DNA of 51,929 bases from a virus. Taxonomy: Duplodnaviria > Caudoviricetes. The first letter of the stretch is position 1, and each line of letters begins with the position of its first letter. The translations under genes were made by a program, and so were the position numbers. The stretch is taken from positions 1-51,929 of the IMG/VR virus record IMGVR_UViG_3300032017_000002. One strand, 5' to 3'. Shown here piece after piece: positions 9,528 through 18,304 of this stretch. The notes below the pieces were generated by a model. The model searched no databases and had not been told where the DNA came from. It saw only the letters and a program-made list of their open reading frames with translations.

Positions 9528-9934
9528 TAGTTCGTCCCCAGGTCCAGGTCGTAGTCCGGCAGGATGGTGGTCGGCCGAAGGATGATCCGGGTGTGGTACT
9601 GGCTGGCCACCACCGGGCCGAGCTGCGTGGACACCCAGCCAACCTCGGGACCCAGTCCGAAGTAGTGCTTCTTGTACTCGTCCGGTCCGGTCTTGCAGAT
9701 CACCACCAGGTCCCCGTCCCGGGTGATCGAGCACGCCCCCTCCGCTGAGAACAGGATCTCACCGGACCGCAGGTTCATGCCGATGATCAGTCGGTTCACC
9801 TCAAAATTGTCGGCGGCGGTGCTGACGTTCTCCGACGCTGTGCTGGCCGCCGTACCGGTGCAGCTCGCGAGCGCCAGCAGCAACGCGCCCAGCGCTACCA
9901 GCGCCCAGGTCGTGCGTCTGATCGTGCCGGTCAT
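9527..9934 (-). CDS. Conserved phage lipoprotein (family often auto-annotated as 'RDF')
   Basis: Signal peptide with lipobox LASC; 'AADNFEVNR...EG.CSI...CKTGPDEYKKHY.GL...P.TILPD'. Confidence 0.75.
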   Translation of the reverse strand: MTGTIRRTTWALVALGALLLALASCTGTAASTASENVSTAADNFEVNRLIIGMNLRSGEILFSAEGACSITRDGDLVVICKTGPDEYKKHYFGLGPEVGWVSTQLGPVVASQYHTRIILRPTTILPDYDLDLGTN

Positions 9935-10329
9935 GAGTCCTCCAGGGGTGCAGGGATCACGGTGCCGGACGCCATGACGAACAGCTGGCGCGGCACGGGG
10001 GTGGGCAGCAGCAGGGTTGGCCGGTCCAGCCTTGCGGCGCGGTCCCCCTTGTCGTGCCAGGTGACCTGCACGCCGAACAGGATCGAGCCAAGCCCGCCAC
10101 GGATCGCGGCCGCTTCGGCCAGCTGCTGGCGCACGGCGGTCTCGATGGCCTGGGCGCTGCCCTCGTCGCGCGACCACTCGGTCATCACGTCGCGGGTCAC
10201 CGCGAGCGCCTGGCGGCGAGGCCAGCCGTCCAGGATGCGCTGCAGCAGCGCTAGCTGGTCCTCGTCGGCGGCCAGGCGGCGCAGCATGGTGCCGGTGCTG
10301 GGCACGAGCGCGTCAGTGAAGTCGGCCAC
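9931..10329 (-). CDS. Hypothetical protein
   Basis: Overlapping start/stop chain; plausible amino-acid composition. Confidence 0.5.
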   Translation of the reverse strand: MADFTDALVPSTGTMLRRLAADEDQLALLQRILDGWPRRQALAVTRDVMTEWSRDEGSAQAIETAVRQQLAEAAAIRGGLGSILFGVQVTWHDKGDRAARLDRPTLLLPTPVPRQLFVMASGTVIPAPLEDS

Positions 10330-10561
10330 CGGAGCGCCCCTCCCGCTGCACCCGGTCGAGCATCTGCCCGATCCGCCGGCGGTCGACCTTGTCCAGCTCC
10401 CAGGTCATCAGCCAGGCCAGCCACAGCGAGGGTCCGGCGCCGCGGGTGAGGAACTCGTACTGGCGCGCGCTGGGCATGACCTGCTCGATCGGCTGCAGGT
10501 CGGCCAGGGTGCGGCGCAGCGCGGCCAGCTCGCGGGCGCGGGCGAGCAGTCCGCCGGCCAT
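10313..10561 (-). CDS. Hypothetical protein
   Basis: Coupled gene chain. Confidence 0.45.
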   Translation of the reverse strand: MAGGLLARARELAALRRTLADLQPIEQVMPSARQYEFLTRGAGPSLWLAWLMTWELDKVDRRRIGQMLDRVQREGRSGGRLH

Positions 10562-10908
10562 CAGCTGTCACCCCTGAGTTCGGGGGTGTCGAACCGGTCC
10601 AGGAACGCCTGGCCGGTAGGCATGGGCTCGTTCGCCTGGCGTCCGGCCGGGTGGCGCGCACGCGAGCGGGTGTAGCTCGGCGCGGGCCCGGAGACCTTCG
10701 CCACCGGGATCCGCGAGGTCGCCTCGGCATCCGCGCGCAGCGCGTCGAGCGTGCTGTCGGCCGCCTGCGCACGCCGCTCGGCAGCATCGGCGCGCTTGCG
10801 CTCGCGCTCGTAGGCCGTGTCGCAGCGCTTGAGGCCGACGGCCAGCAGCGCGGCGGCCACGATGGCCACGGCGGCGACCGCCCCGAGCGTCCAGTGCAGC
10901 CAGTCCAT
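10561..10908 (-). CDS. Membrane-anchored coiled-coil protein
   Basis: N-terminal TM, charged coiled coil, GGAGG RBS. Confidence 0.55.
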   Translation of the reverse strand: MDWLHWTLGAVAAVAIVAAALLAVGLKRCDTAYERERKRADAAERRAQAADSTLDALRADAEATSRIPVAKVSGPAPSYTRSRARHPAGRQANEPMPTGQAFLDRFDTPELRGDS

Positions 10909-11374
10909 CTCAGTCCTCCGTGAACGGGTCGGCGACCGGGCGGGCCGCTCGGGCGCGGGCGTCGCGCTGCAGGGCTTCCTGGTGCAGCTGGCCGTAGAGC
11001 GACACGGCGAGCGCGCCGGCGGCCGCCACGGCCACCAGACAGCCCAGGGCGAGCAGGTAGTTGCCCAGGGACAGCCCGACCACGCCGACGACGAGGGCGA
11101 TCAGGGCGATCAGCAGGCACAGCGTGCGAACGCCCTGGCGCTCGGCGTCCGGGCCGACCTGGCGGCGAGGCACGTCCCTCACGGCATCCCCCTGGCGAGC
11201 TGCTGGGTGCGGTCGATGAACCAGCCGACGCCGTAGGCCAGCGCGACAGGGTCGCGCATGGCGTTGGCCAGGCACAGCTCGCACAGCGCCCACCCGGCGA
11301 ACATGGTCACGGCGGCGCGACCATCGCGGCCGGGCACGGGGGGCAGTGTGGCGCACGGTGCGCAGAGCAGTGGC

Positions 11375-11647
11375 TCAGCCATCGCTGGCCGCCGCCGGCA
11401 GGTCGCGGGCCGGGCGGATGTGCGTCGGCGGCGTGGCCGGAGCCTGCGCGGGCGGGTCCAGCTCGTCGGCCCAGCGGCGCAGCTCGGCGATGTGCTGCTC
11501 GTCCTGGGTGATCTGTCGCCGGGTGAGTTCGGCGCGACCGTGGCGCAGCGTCTCGTCGGCCGTGTCGGCCTCGTCGCGCAGCAGCGCGGCCAGCCGGGCC
11601 GCCTGGTCGGGGTCGCGGATGAAGCTCGGGGTGGTGGAGCGTCCCAT
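11375..11647 (-). CDS. Hypothetical protein
   Basis: Preceded by CCCTGGAGGAC RBS motif. Confidence 0.55.
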   Translation of the reverse strand: MGRSTTPSFIRDPDQAARLAALLRDEADTADETLRHGRAELTRRQITQDEQHIAELRRWADELDPPAQAPATPPTHIRPARDLPAAASDG

Positions 11648-11679
11648 GGTGTCCTCCAGGGTGGATCGGTCAGTCTGGC

Positions 11680-11946
11680 TCAGTCCTCGGTCGAGCCGGC
11701 GGCCAGCTTGCGCCCGCTGGTGGCGCCCTCGCAGATTCGGGTGATCTGGGTGGCGCTCAGCCCGGTGGCGCGCCGGATGTCGGTGCCAATGCGCGAGCGG
11801 CCGGCCATCCAGGTGCGGATGCGGTCGCGGCGACGCCGCTGGACGGCGGCCAGCTGGCGCTGCAGCTGCTCGATCAGGTCCGTGTCGTCGGCGATGGCGA
11901 CCAGGTCGGCGTCCAGGTCGGCGTTGCTGTCCACGTCGCTCGTCAC
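11680..11946 (-). CDS. Small HTH DNA-binding protein (candidate repressor of the ACCCCGGGGT operators)
   Basis: Coiled coil followed by 'GTDIRRATGLSATQITRICEG' HTH; its own promoter carries two operators. Confidence 0.6.
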   Translation of the reverse strand: MTSDVDSNADLDADLVAIADDTDLIEQLQRQLAAVQRRRRDRIRTWMAGRSRIGTDIRRATGLSATQITRICEGATSGRKLAAGSTED

Positions 11947-11952
11947 CCCTCC

Positions 11953-11992
11953 AGGGTAACCCCGGGGTAGACGGGCGGTCTACCCCGGGGTG
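11953..11992 (-). promoter_or_regulatory. Promoter with paired ACCCCGGGGT operators (copy 1)
   Basis: Minus strand TAGACC-18 nt-TACCCT-6 nt-GTG; palindromes at about 11959-11968 and 11982-11991. Confidence 0.7.
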
Positions 11993-11998
11993 GGTCGG

Positions 11999-12391
11999 TC
12001 AGTCCAGGTCCGGGTAGCTGGCGAGCGGCTGCGCGGTGAACTCCTCGAAGCTCATCGAGTGCTGACGCTGCTCGGGGTCGGTCTCGCTGCCCTCGCGGGC
12101 GAAGCTGACCGTCTGGCCGGCCAGGTCGACCACGATGATCGGGCGCTCGTTGTCGCCGATGCGCAGCGACAGGCCGCCGCCAGTCTCCTCGTCGACCAGG
12201 TCGGCGAACACGCGCGAGGTAATGATCCGCGCCAGGTACTGGTCGTCGTTCCAGCGCTTGCGCCCGAACGCCAGCGCCTCGCGGAGGGACTCCGGCCAGC
12301 TCTCGCCGCTCCAGTGGATGTAGAGGTACACCCCGCCGCGCCCGCCGTCGGGGGTCGGCATCTCCAGGTAGATGTTGGCTCGGTCGCCCAT
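11999..12391 (-). CDS. Conserved hypothetical phage protein
   Basis: 'MGDRANI...VYLY.HW.G...RWND..YLARII' family pattern. Confidence 0.65.
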   Translation of the reverse strand: MGDRANIYLEMPTPDGGRGGVYLYIHWSGESWPESLREALAFGRKRWNDDQYLARIITSRVFADLVDEETGGGLSLRIGDNERPIIVVDLAGQTVSFAREGSETDPEQRQHSMSFEEFTAQPLASYPDLD

Positions 12392-12563
12392 GATGATCAG
12401 TCCTTCCAGGGTTGGGTCGTGCTCGGTCATCCGTAGTGCGCAGTAGCGTCGCGCTCGATCCGGTCGGCCTCCTCGTCGGCCAGCTCGTCCTGCGCCGGCT
12501 CGTCGTCGGGGGCCGACCAGGCGGAGTCCCGCTCGCAGTCGGCGGTCCACCAGAACGGGCGGC

Positions 12564-13511
12564 TCATCGGGCCCACGTCCCGGACCCCTGTGCGGCGCTG
12601 CGCACCTCGCGCAGCTCGGCCTCCAGCTCGGCGATCCGAGCATCCCGACCGTCCGCTACGGCGACGGTCGCGCCGGTCAGCTTCGAGACGATGTCCTCCA
12701 GCTCGGCGGCGCGCCCCTCCTCCGAGAGCAGCGCGTTGCGGGTCTGCTCGTGCTGCTCGCGCTCGTAGGCCAGCTCGTTGTGCTCGCGCTCGGACTCCAG
12801 CTCGGCGATCCGGAGGGCGAGCCGCGAGCGGTCGGTGTTCCACTCGTTCTGGGCGGCCAGCGCCGTGTCGACCATCCGGACCGCCTGGACTTCCAGCGCG
12901 GCGATCCGATCCAGGGCATGGCCCAGTTCGCCACGGGTCTGGTCGTCGGTCGCCTCGGCGCGCTCGGCCCGCTTGCGCTGCACGCTCAGCTCGGCCTCCA
13001 GCTCGGCGATCCGCTGGCGCACAACGCTGACGTGGTCGCGGACCAGCCCCTGGCCGCCGAGCAGATCGCGCGCGCCAGCGGCGGCCAGCTCGCCGAGCCT
13101 GTCCAGCGACGCACGCGGCTGGCCGGCCTCGGCCTCGTCGAGCGTGGCGTACGAGCCGGCCAGCCGCGTGCCGTCCGCGATGGCGGTGGCTACCTCGTCC
13201 ACGGTCGGGATGCCGGCGGGGTCGGCCTGCTCGACGGCCCGGTTGATCTCGTCCTCGGTCGGCAGCGCGGCCAGCCAGGCCAGCACGGTCTCGCGCCTGC
13301 CCCGCGAACCGGTGACTGCAGACCGCCCAGACGTGAGCAGGTCGGCGAACCGAACGGCGCCGGCCCGGGTGAACGAGACGGCGACGGCGACATCACCCCG
13401 CACGAACCGGTTGCGCCGGTCGCTGGTCGCGTACATCGACCAGCCGTGCTTGGCGGCGGTGGCGGCGATCTCGTCGCGGGCGGTCTGGCGGGGGGCGCTG
13501 GCGTTGGTCAT
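12564..13511 (-). CDS. Coiled-coil hypothetical protein, leaderless
   Basis: ATG 7 nt after the -10 box; repeated 'RIAELEAEL' heptads. Confidence 0.65.
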   Translation of the reverse strand: MTNASAPRQTARDEIAATAAKHGWSMYATSDRRNRFVRGDVAVAVSFTRAGAVRFADLLTSGRSAVTGSRGRRETVLAWLAALPTEDEINRAVEQADPAGIPTVDEVATAIADGTRLAGSYATLDEAEAGQPRASLDRLGELAAAGARDLLGGQGLVRDHVSVVRQRIAELEAELSVQRKRAERAEATDDQTRGELGHALDRIAALEVQAVRMVDTALAAQNEWNTDRSRLALRIAELESEREHNELAYEREQHEQTRNALLSEEGRAAELEDIVSKLTGATVAVADGRDARIAELEAELREVRSAAQGSGTWAR

Positions 13512-13559
13512 GGGAGTGACTCTACCCCGGGGTGGAGTGCGAGTCAACCCCGGGGGCGA
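13500..13559 (-). promoter_or_regulatory. Leaderless promoter with paired operators (copy 2; 60 bp identical to 13962-14021)
   Basis: Minus strand TTGACT-17 nt-TAGAGT-cactccc-ATG; one ACCCCGGGGT in the spacer/-10 edge and a near-copy at the -35. Confidence 0.85.
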
Positions 13560-13776
13560 GGCAGGTCAGGAGTTGCCGGCCGATGTGCTCGGTGTAGGCG
13601 GGCGGCACGGCCAGGTTCAGCGCCTCGCGGGGAAGCCAGTCGATGCCCATGGCCTCTCGCCGCTCGGCGGCGCGCCCCTGGTAGCCGCCCCGGCCGGATC
13701 CGGGTCGATGGTGGGTGGTGCCCCCGCCGCTGAACAGGTCAAGCAGGCGGGGGCGGCGCAGGGACGCGCCGCTCAC
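13522..13776 (-). pseudogene. Internally deleted C5-cytosine DNA methyltransferase remnant
   Basis: Keeps N-terminal motif I 'RLLDLFSGGG' and the family C-terminus 'AMGIDW...AVPPAYTEHIGRQLL' but lacks the PC and ENV core; only about 84 aa. Confidence 0.75.
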
Positions 13777-13973
13777 CCGTACAGCTCCGTGCGCGCCTGC
13801 TCGTCCAGGCCGATCTCGTCCAGCTCGACACCGGCGCGCCGCGCGGCGCGCGCGATGCCGGCGGCGACGCGCTGGGCGTTTGCCCGCTCGGCGAGCGTGG
13901 CGCCGGGCCGGCGCGCATCGCGCCGAGCGGCGAGGTACTCGGCTGCGTGGTCGCGAGCTGCGGCGTTGGTCAT
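13773..13973 (-). CDS. Small hypothetical protein, leaderless
   Basis: ATG directly after promoter copy 3; GTGA overlap with the next ORF. Confidence 0.55.
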   Translation of the reverse strand: MTNAAARDHAAEYLAARRDARRPGATLAERANAQRVAAGIARAARRAGVELDEIGLDEQARTELYG

Positions 13974-14021
13974 GGGAGTGACTCTACCCCGGGGTGGAGT
14001 GCGAGTCAACCCCGGGGGCGA
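13962..14021 (-). promoter_or_regulatory. Leaderless promoter with paired operators (copy 3)
   Basis: Exact copy of 13500-13559. Confidence 0.85.
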
Positions 14022-14026
14022 CACGG

Positions 14027-14494
14027 TCACCGGGACCCCGTGACGAGCAGGTACAGGCCCGGGGTCTCGTCCGGTTGCGCCTCCCGCTTGAGCGAGTGCT
14101 GGTCGGTCACCTGCGCGTCATCCGCCCAGACGACCGAGGTCAGTGCGTCCAGTGCGAGGCGCGTCAGCTTGTCGATGTCGGGTTTGCGCGTGTGCGCCGG
14201 CGTGGAGCGCTTCGGCGCGCTGCGCCGGCGCGGCAGCACGAACTCCAGCCTGATCGTCACCTCGCCGGTCAGCGGCCCCCCCTGGCCGGCCTCGCGCCAG
14301 GCGCGCTGGGTGTCCTCGCGGACCGCACCGGCCCAGGATCGTGCCGGGATCTTGTTGTCCGGCACCACCACGGCGCGCACCTTCGAGGTCTTGCCGCCCA
14401 CGACGAACGCTCGCGTCGACCCCTTCGGCACTGCGGCGCCCGGCACGAACACGGACAGCTCGACGGGCGCCGGCTGCTCGACGGGGGTGCTCAC
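14027..14494 (-). CDS. rusA: RusA-like Holliday junction resolvase
   Basis: 'VPGAAVPKGS' and 'KPDIDKLTRLALDALTSVVWADDAQV' catalytic Asp motif. Confidence 0.9.
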   Translation of the reverse strand: MSTPVEQPAPVELSVFVPGAAVPKGSTRAFVVGGKTSKVRAVVVPDNKIPARSWAGAVREDTQRAWREAGQGGPLTGEVTIRLEFVLPRRRSAPKRSTPAHTRKPDIDKLTRLALDALTSVVWADDAQVTDQHSLKREAQPDETPGLYLLVTGSR

Positions 14495-14733
14495 GACGAC
14501 TTCCGGCGGGCCCAGCGGCGCACCCGTAACCAGGTGTTCAGGAACTCCAGCGCGCCGAGCAGCAGCCACATGCCACCCAGCCCGTACGCGGTCGCCAGTG
14601 GGTCGCCGCCCAGCAGCCAGGTCACGATCATGACCAGGATCAGGATCGAGCCGGACACGACGTACGTGGCCGCCTTGCTGGCCGACTCGTTGATCTGGGC
14701 CATGGTGGGCCCGAGGTCGTCGTCCTCGCTCAT
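14491..14733 (-). CDS. Two-TM membrane protein
   Basis: Two hydrophobic helices; CCCTGGAGGAC RBS. Confidence 0.6.
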   Translation of the reverse strand: MSEDDDLGPTMAQINESASKAATYVVSGSILILVMIVTWLLGGDPLATAYGLGGMWLLLGALEFLNTWLRVRRWARRKSS

Positions 14734-14752
14734 GGTTGTCCTCCAGGGTGGG

Positions 14753-14787
14753 TCCGCCCGCCCCCGATTGCAGCGGGGGCGGGCGGA
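14753..14787. terminator. 14-bp GC stem hairpin (terminator or processing site)
   Basis: tccgcccgcccccg-attgcag-cgggggcgggcgga, intergenic. Confidence 0.6.
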
Positions 14788-14794
14788 GGTCGGG

Positions 14795-15106
14795 TCAGGC
14801 GAGGTGGCGGATCAGCTCGGCGAGGGCCGCGCCGGCGCCGGCGGCCACGGTGGCCGCCCCACCGGCGAGCGCGACGGCGAGCACAAGGCAGTTCTTCTTG
14901 CCGGTCGGCACCGGACCGGGTCCCTTGCTCTTGCCGCGCCGATCGGGCGCCCCGGTGCGGTAGCGGGGCTCGGCGTCGGGGACCTGCTTGCCCATGGCGG
15001 CGCGCCGGCGCTGCTCGCCCGAGCACCTGGCCGAGCAGACGTCGCCGGGGGTCAGGCTGGCGAACTGCGCGCCGCAGATGGGGCAGGTGTTGACGTGCAT
15101 GGGCAT
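14795..15106 (-). CDS. Zn-ribbon protein with C-terminal TM
   Basis: CPICG...CSARC plus a hydrophobic tail. Confidence 0.5.
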   Translation of the reverse strand: MPMHVNTCPICGAQFASLTPGDVCSARCSGEQRRRAAMGKQVPDAEPRYRTGAPDRRGKSKGPGPVPTGKKNCLVLAVALAGGAATVAAGAGAALAELIRHLA

Positions 15107-15309
15107 GGCGTCAGGCTCCCAGCAGCGTCAGCTGGCGGGCCACCCAGCTGCGCGCGGTCGAGTCGCGCACCGCTCGGGCCTGCGCGCGCCATGCCTGCGC
15201 GCGCAGGTTGAGCGCGTCCGGCGCGAGTTCGGCGGCGTGGCGACCCGGGCGCTCGAGGGGCGCGGGTGCCTGGTCGGTCGGGATGGGCATGCAGTCCTCC
15301 AGGGGAGTG

Positions 15310-15337
15310 GGACCGGGTCCCGATCGGGACCCGGTCC
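15310..15337. repeat. Perfect 28-bp intergenic palindrome
   Basis: ggaccgggtcccga/tcgggacccggtcc. Confidence 0.9.
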
Positions 15338-15343
15338 GGGTGG

Positions 15344-15580
15344 TCAGCGTCCGTGGGTGGTGTCGGTGACCTGGACGCGGTGGCCGTCGGCGCCGGCGGT
15401 GCGGGCGAAGTGCTGCACGTACTCGCTGACCTGGTCGCGGTCGACGAGCGGGTAGCTGGCCTCGGTCACCGCGCCGGTACGGCGCCCGACGATGCGGGTG
15501 CGCGCCTCGTAGCGGTGGTTGCGGGCTTCCACGGGCACGATGGTGGCGGTGGCGGTCGGGGTGGTGTTTCGCTTCGTCAT
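15344..15580 (-). CDS. Small hypothetical protein, leaderless (MTKRNTT...)
   Basis: ATG 7 nt after the -10 of promoter copy 4. Confidence 0.6.
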   Translation of the reverse strand: MTKRNTTPTATATIVPVEARNHRYEARTRIVGRRTGAVTEASYPLVDRDQVSEYVQHFARTAGADGHRVQVTDTTHGR

Positions 15581-15626
15581 GGGAGGAACTCTACCCCGGG
15601 GTGGAGCACGAGTCAACCCCGGGGTG
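15578..15626 (-). promoter_or_regulatory. Leaderless promoter with paired operators (copy 4)
   Basis: Minus strand TTGACT-17 nt-TAGAGT-tcctccc-ATG with two ACCCCGGGGT. Confidence 0.85.
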
Positions 15627-15627
15627 G

Positions 15628-17319
15628 TCACCGGGTCACCCAGATGTCCAGGCGCTGGCTCATGATCCGCCGGTCGATCAGCTCGGACAGCTCGCGGGCG
15701 GTGTGGCGGGCCGGGTGCGGGATCTGCAGGCGGCTGGCCTCGCGCAGCTCGCGCAGCGAGGGGGTCTGCGCGTTGGTGCGCCAGACACTCTGCGGATGCT
15801 TGAGGTACTGGTTGCGCCCGATCGCCCAGTCCTCGGCCAGCCGGCGCGCCTGGTCGAGCGTGCACCCCTCGCCGAGGCGCGCCATGTCCATCCGGCCGCG
15901 CATCGACAGGTGGCAGACCCGGTAGGTGCCGGCCCACTCTTGCATGATCGCCGCCGCTCGCCGGCCGTCGCTCGCCCGGCTCACCAGGAACGGGATCCCG
16001 GCCTCGGTGGCGAGCCAGGCGCCGTCCGAGTCGGCCACCAGCAGGTCGACGTCCTCGTAGACAGCGGGGCCGTCCAGCTTGCGCCGGCCGCCGTCCGGGT
16101 CGCGCGTGCCCTCGGCGGGCGCGCAGGTGCACGGCACGTCGCCGCAGTCCTCGCAGGGCAGCGCGTCCAGCTCGGACGTGTCCTGCTCGGCGCCCGGGTA
16201 CAGCTCGACCAGTGAGGCGAGTTTCTGCCCGCGCGAGGCGCCGACCACGTCGAGCACCATGCAGTCGGTCTTGCCGGTGTCCGGCGCCAGTCGCAGGCCG
16301 CGCCCGACGATCTGCTGGTACAGCCCGGCCAGGCGGGTGGGCCGCGCCATCAGCACGCAGCTCACCGCCGGGCAGTCCCAGCCCTCGGTGAGCACCATGA
16401 CCGAGACGAGCACCCGCGTCGTGCCGGCCGCCAGGCGTGCGTACATGCCCCGCCTGGCCGACGTGCTGGTCGAGCCGACCACGCACTCGGCAGTCACGCC
16501 GGCGGCGACGAACGCGTCGGTCAGCGCCTGCGCGGAGTCCACGGTCGGCGTGAACGCGATCGTGATCCGGTCCGAGGCGTGCTCGCGCCAGGCGTTGACG
16601 ATCTGGTCGACGTCCTGGGTGACCATCTCGCCCAGCTCGGCGTCCACGTAGTCGCCGCCGCGGACCTTCGCGGTGCCCAGCTCGACGTGGTCGGCCACGA
16701 CGACCCGGCCGAACGGGCGCACCAGCCAGCCGTGCTCGACGGCCCACGGAATGCCGCGCTCGAACGCGGCCGCCGGGTGGAAGATCCGCCCGAGGTGGTG
16801 GCGGTCGGCGCGGGTCAGGGTGGCCGACAGGCCGAGCATCCGCCGGCCTGGCTCGTGATGCTCGGGGCCGACGCCGAGCCAGTCCAGCATGCCCACGTGC
16901 GCCGGACTGGCCGCGTGGTGGGCCTCGTCGTAGAGGACGTCGTCCCAGCGGGCCCTGCGCCGCTCCAGGGCCGCCTGGGCTCGCTTGCCGCGCAGCGTGG
17001 GGGTCATGGCCACGGTGACGTCGCGCTGCGCCTGGTAGGTGCCGGCGGCGATGACCCCCACGCTGGCCGCCGGGATGTGCGCGCGGATGCGCTCGACGAT
17101 CTGGCCGGTGATCTCGTCGCGGTGTGCGAGCAGGATCGGGCGGCGTCCAGCCTCCAGGGATCGGCGCGCCAGCTCGGCCAGGTAGGTGGTCTTGCCCAGC
17201 CCGGTAGCCGCCTGCCCGGCGACCAGCTCGTCTCCGGCGTCCCAGCGTGCGCAGGTCGCGTCCACGTCCTGGAGCTGGTAGTCCCGCAGCTCGATCCCGG
17301 GGGTCAGGGTGGCGGTCAT
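15628..17319 (-). CDS. Superfamily 2 (DEAH-type) DNA helicase
   Basis: Q motif 'LRDYQ', Walker A 'ATGLGKT', 'YDEAHH', 'LSAT', 'VLTEGWDCP', 'YQQIVGRGLR'. Confidence 0.93.
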   Translation of the reverse strand: MTATLTPGIELRDYQLQDVDATCARWDAGDELVAGQAATGLGKTTYLAELARRSLEAGRRPILLAHRDEITGQIVERIRAHIPAASVGVIAAGTYQAQRDVTVAMTPTLRGKRAQAALERRRARWDDVLYDEAHHAASPAHVGMLDWLGVGPEHHEPGRRMLGLSATLTRADRHHLGRIFHPAAAFERGIPWAVEHGWLVRPFGRVVVADHVELGTAKVRGGDYVDAELGEMVTQDVDQIVNAWREHASDRITIAFTPTVDSAQALTDAFVAAGVTAECVVGSTSTSARRGMYARLAAGTTRVLVSVMVLTEGWDCPAVSCVLMARPTRLAGLYQQIVGRGLRLAPDTGKTDCMVLDVVGASRGQKLASLVELYPGAEQDTSELDALPCEDCGDVPCTCAPAEGTRDPDGGRRKLDGPAVYEDVDLLVADSDGAWLATEAGIPFLVSRASDGRRAAAIMQEWAGTYRVCHLSMRGRMDMARLGEGCTLDQARRLAEDWAIGRNQYLKHPQSVWRTNAQTPSLRELREASRLQIPHPARHTARELSELIDRRIMSQRLDIWVTR

Positions 17320-17323
17320 GGCG

Positions 17324-17539
17324 TCAGGTCCACGTTCGCGAGTGCGGCGGCGCGCACCATGGCCCGCATGGCGCGGTCGAGCGCATGGCGCGGTCGAGCG
17401 CATGGCGCTCGCGGGCGCGCTCGGGGCGGCCATGCTCGCTGTCGTCGTCCTCCAGGTCGGTGTCGCGCTGCACGGCCGCTCCGAACAGCGCTCGCGCCTG
17501 CGGTCCGGTCAGCTCGACGATCAGCTTGCGGGCGGTCAT
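17324..17539 (-). CDS. Small protein whose 3' end is frameshifted by a 17-bp tandem duplication
   Basis: gcatggcgcggtcgagc x2 at 17366-17399. Confidence 0.55.
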   Translation of the reverse strand: MTARKLIVELTGPQARALFGAAVQRDTDLEDDDSEHGRPERARERHALDRAMRSTAPCGPWCAPPHSRTWT

Positions 17540-17742
17540 CGGATCAGTCCCAGCTGGCGCGCGCGCGGCACGATCTCGTCGATCGTCTCGACGCCGAGCC
17601 GGTGGCGCAGGTTGTCGACCTGCGTGCTGGCCGCGTTCGCGGTCATGCCGAGCCGACGCCCGATGCGCACCGGGGTCCGGCACAGTGCCAGCGCGGCCAG
17701 CACGTCGGCCTGCGTCTCGGTGAGCAGCACGGGGCGGCTCAC
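17536..17742 (-). CDS. LuxR/sigma-region-4-like HTH protein
   Basis: 'LTETQADVL...IGRRLGMT...QVDNLRHRLGV...ARQLGLI'. Confidence 0.7.
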   Translation of the reverse strand: MSRPVLLTETQADVLAALALCRTPVRIGRRLGMTANAASTQVDNLRHRLGVETIDEIVPRARQLGLIR

Positions 17743-18011
17743 GGCCGCTTCCCGATGTCGTCGGCGTCCGCGTCGAGCAGCTCGGCCAGCTCCTCACGGA
17801 CCCGCCTGGACGGTCGCACGCCCGAGAGTGCGGACAGCACGGCATCGCGGTCGATGACCTCGTCCAGCAGGTCGATCAGCTGGACCGGGGGCGGGGTGAG
17901 CCGGCGCCGCACCGTGCCGTCCGGGTCGATCTCCAGCGCGTCGCCGTGCTGGCCCCACATGACGAACACGCGCCCGTCGTCCAGGGCGCCCGCGTACGGC
18001 TTGCCGGTCAT
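17739..18011 (-). CDS. Hypothetical protein
   Basis: Coupled by 4-bp overlaps. Confidence 0.5.
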   Translation of the reverse strand: MTGKPYAGALDDGRVFVMWGQHGDALEIDPDGTVRRRLTPPPVQLIDLLDEVIDRDAVLSALSGVRPSRRVREELAELLDADADDIGKRP

Positions 18012-18304
18012 CGCTTCGACTCCTCGGTGATCAGGCGGGCGGGTCGCAACTGCGCGTGCCAGCGCTCATGCTTGCTGCGAGCGTCGTCGGTCCCGTAGCT
18101 GGGAACCAGCGCGCCGCACAGCGAGCAGGACGCGACCGGGATGGGCCAGCCGTTGTCGTCGGACACCAGCGAGCCGACGTCGCTCCAGGTGATCAGGGCG
18201 TCGAGCGCGACCGTCGCCAGTGCGGTCCGGCTGACCAGCTGGCCGTCCGGGCCGAACATGTAGGCCCAGCCGCGCGCCTCCATGTAGAAGTTGTCGCCGG
18301 TCAT
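18008..18304 (-). CDS. Hypothetical protein with C2H2-like motif
   Basis: 'CSLCGALV...HERWH'. Confidence 0.5.
   Translation of the reverse strand: MTGDNFYMEARGWAYMFGPDGQLVSRTALATVALDALITWSDVGSLVSDDNGWPIPVASCSLCGALVPSYGTDDARSKHERWHAQLRPARLITEESKR

Noticed and set aside
9527-9934. Recombination directionality factor implying lysogeny
   Set aside because: The protein has a lipoprotein signal peptide and no integrase is present; the RDF label for this family is not supported here.
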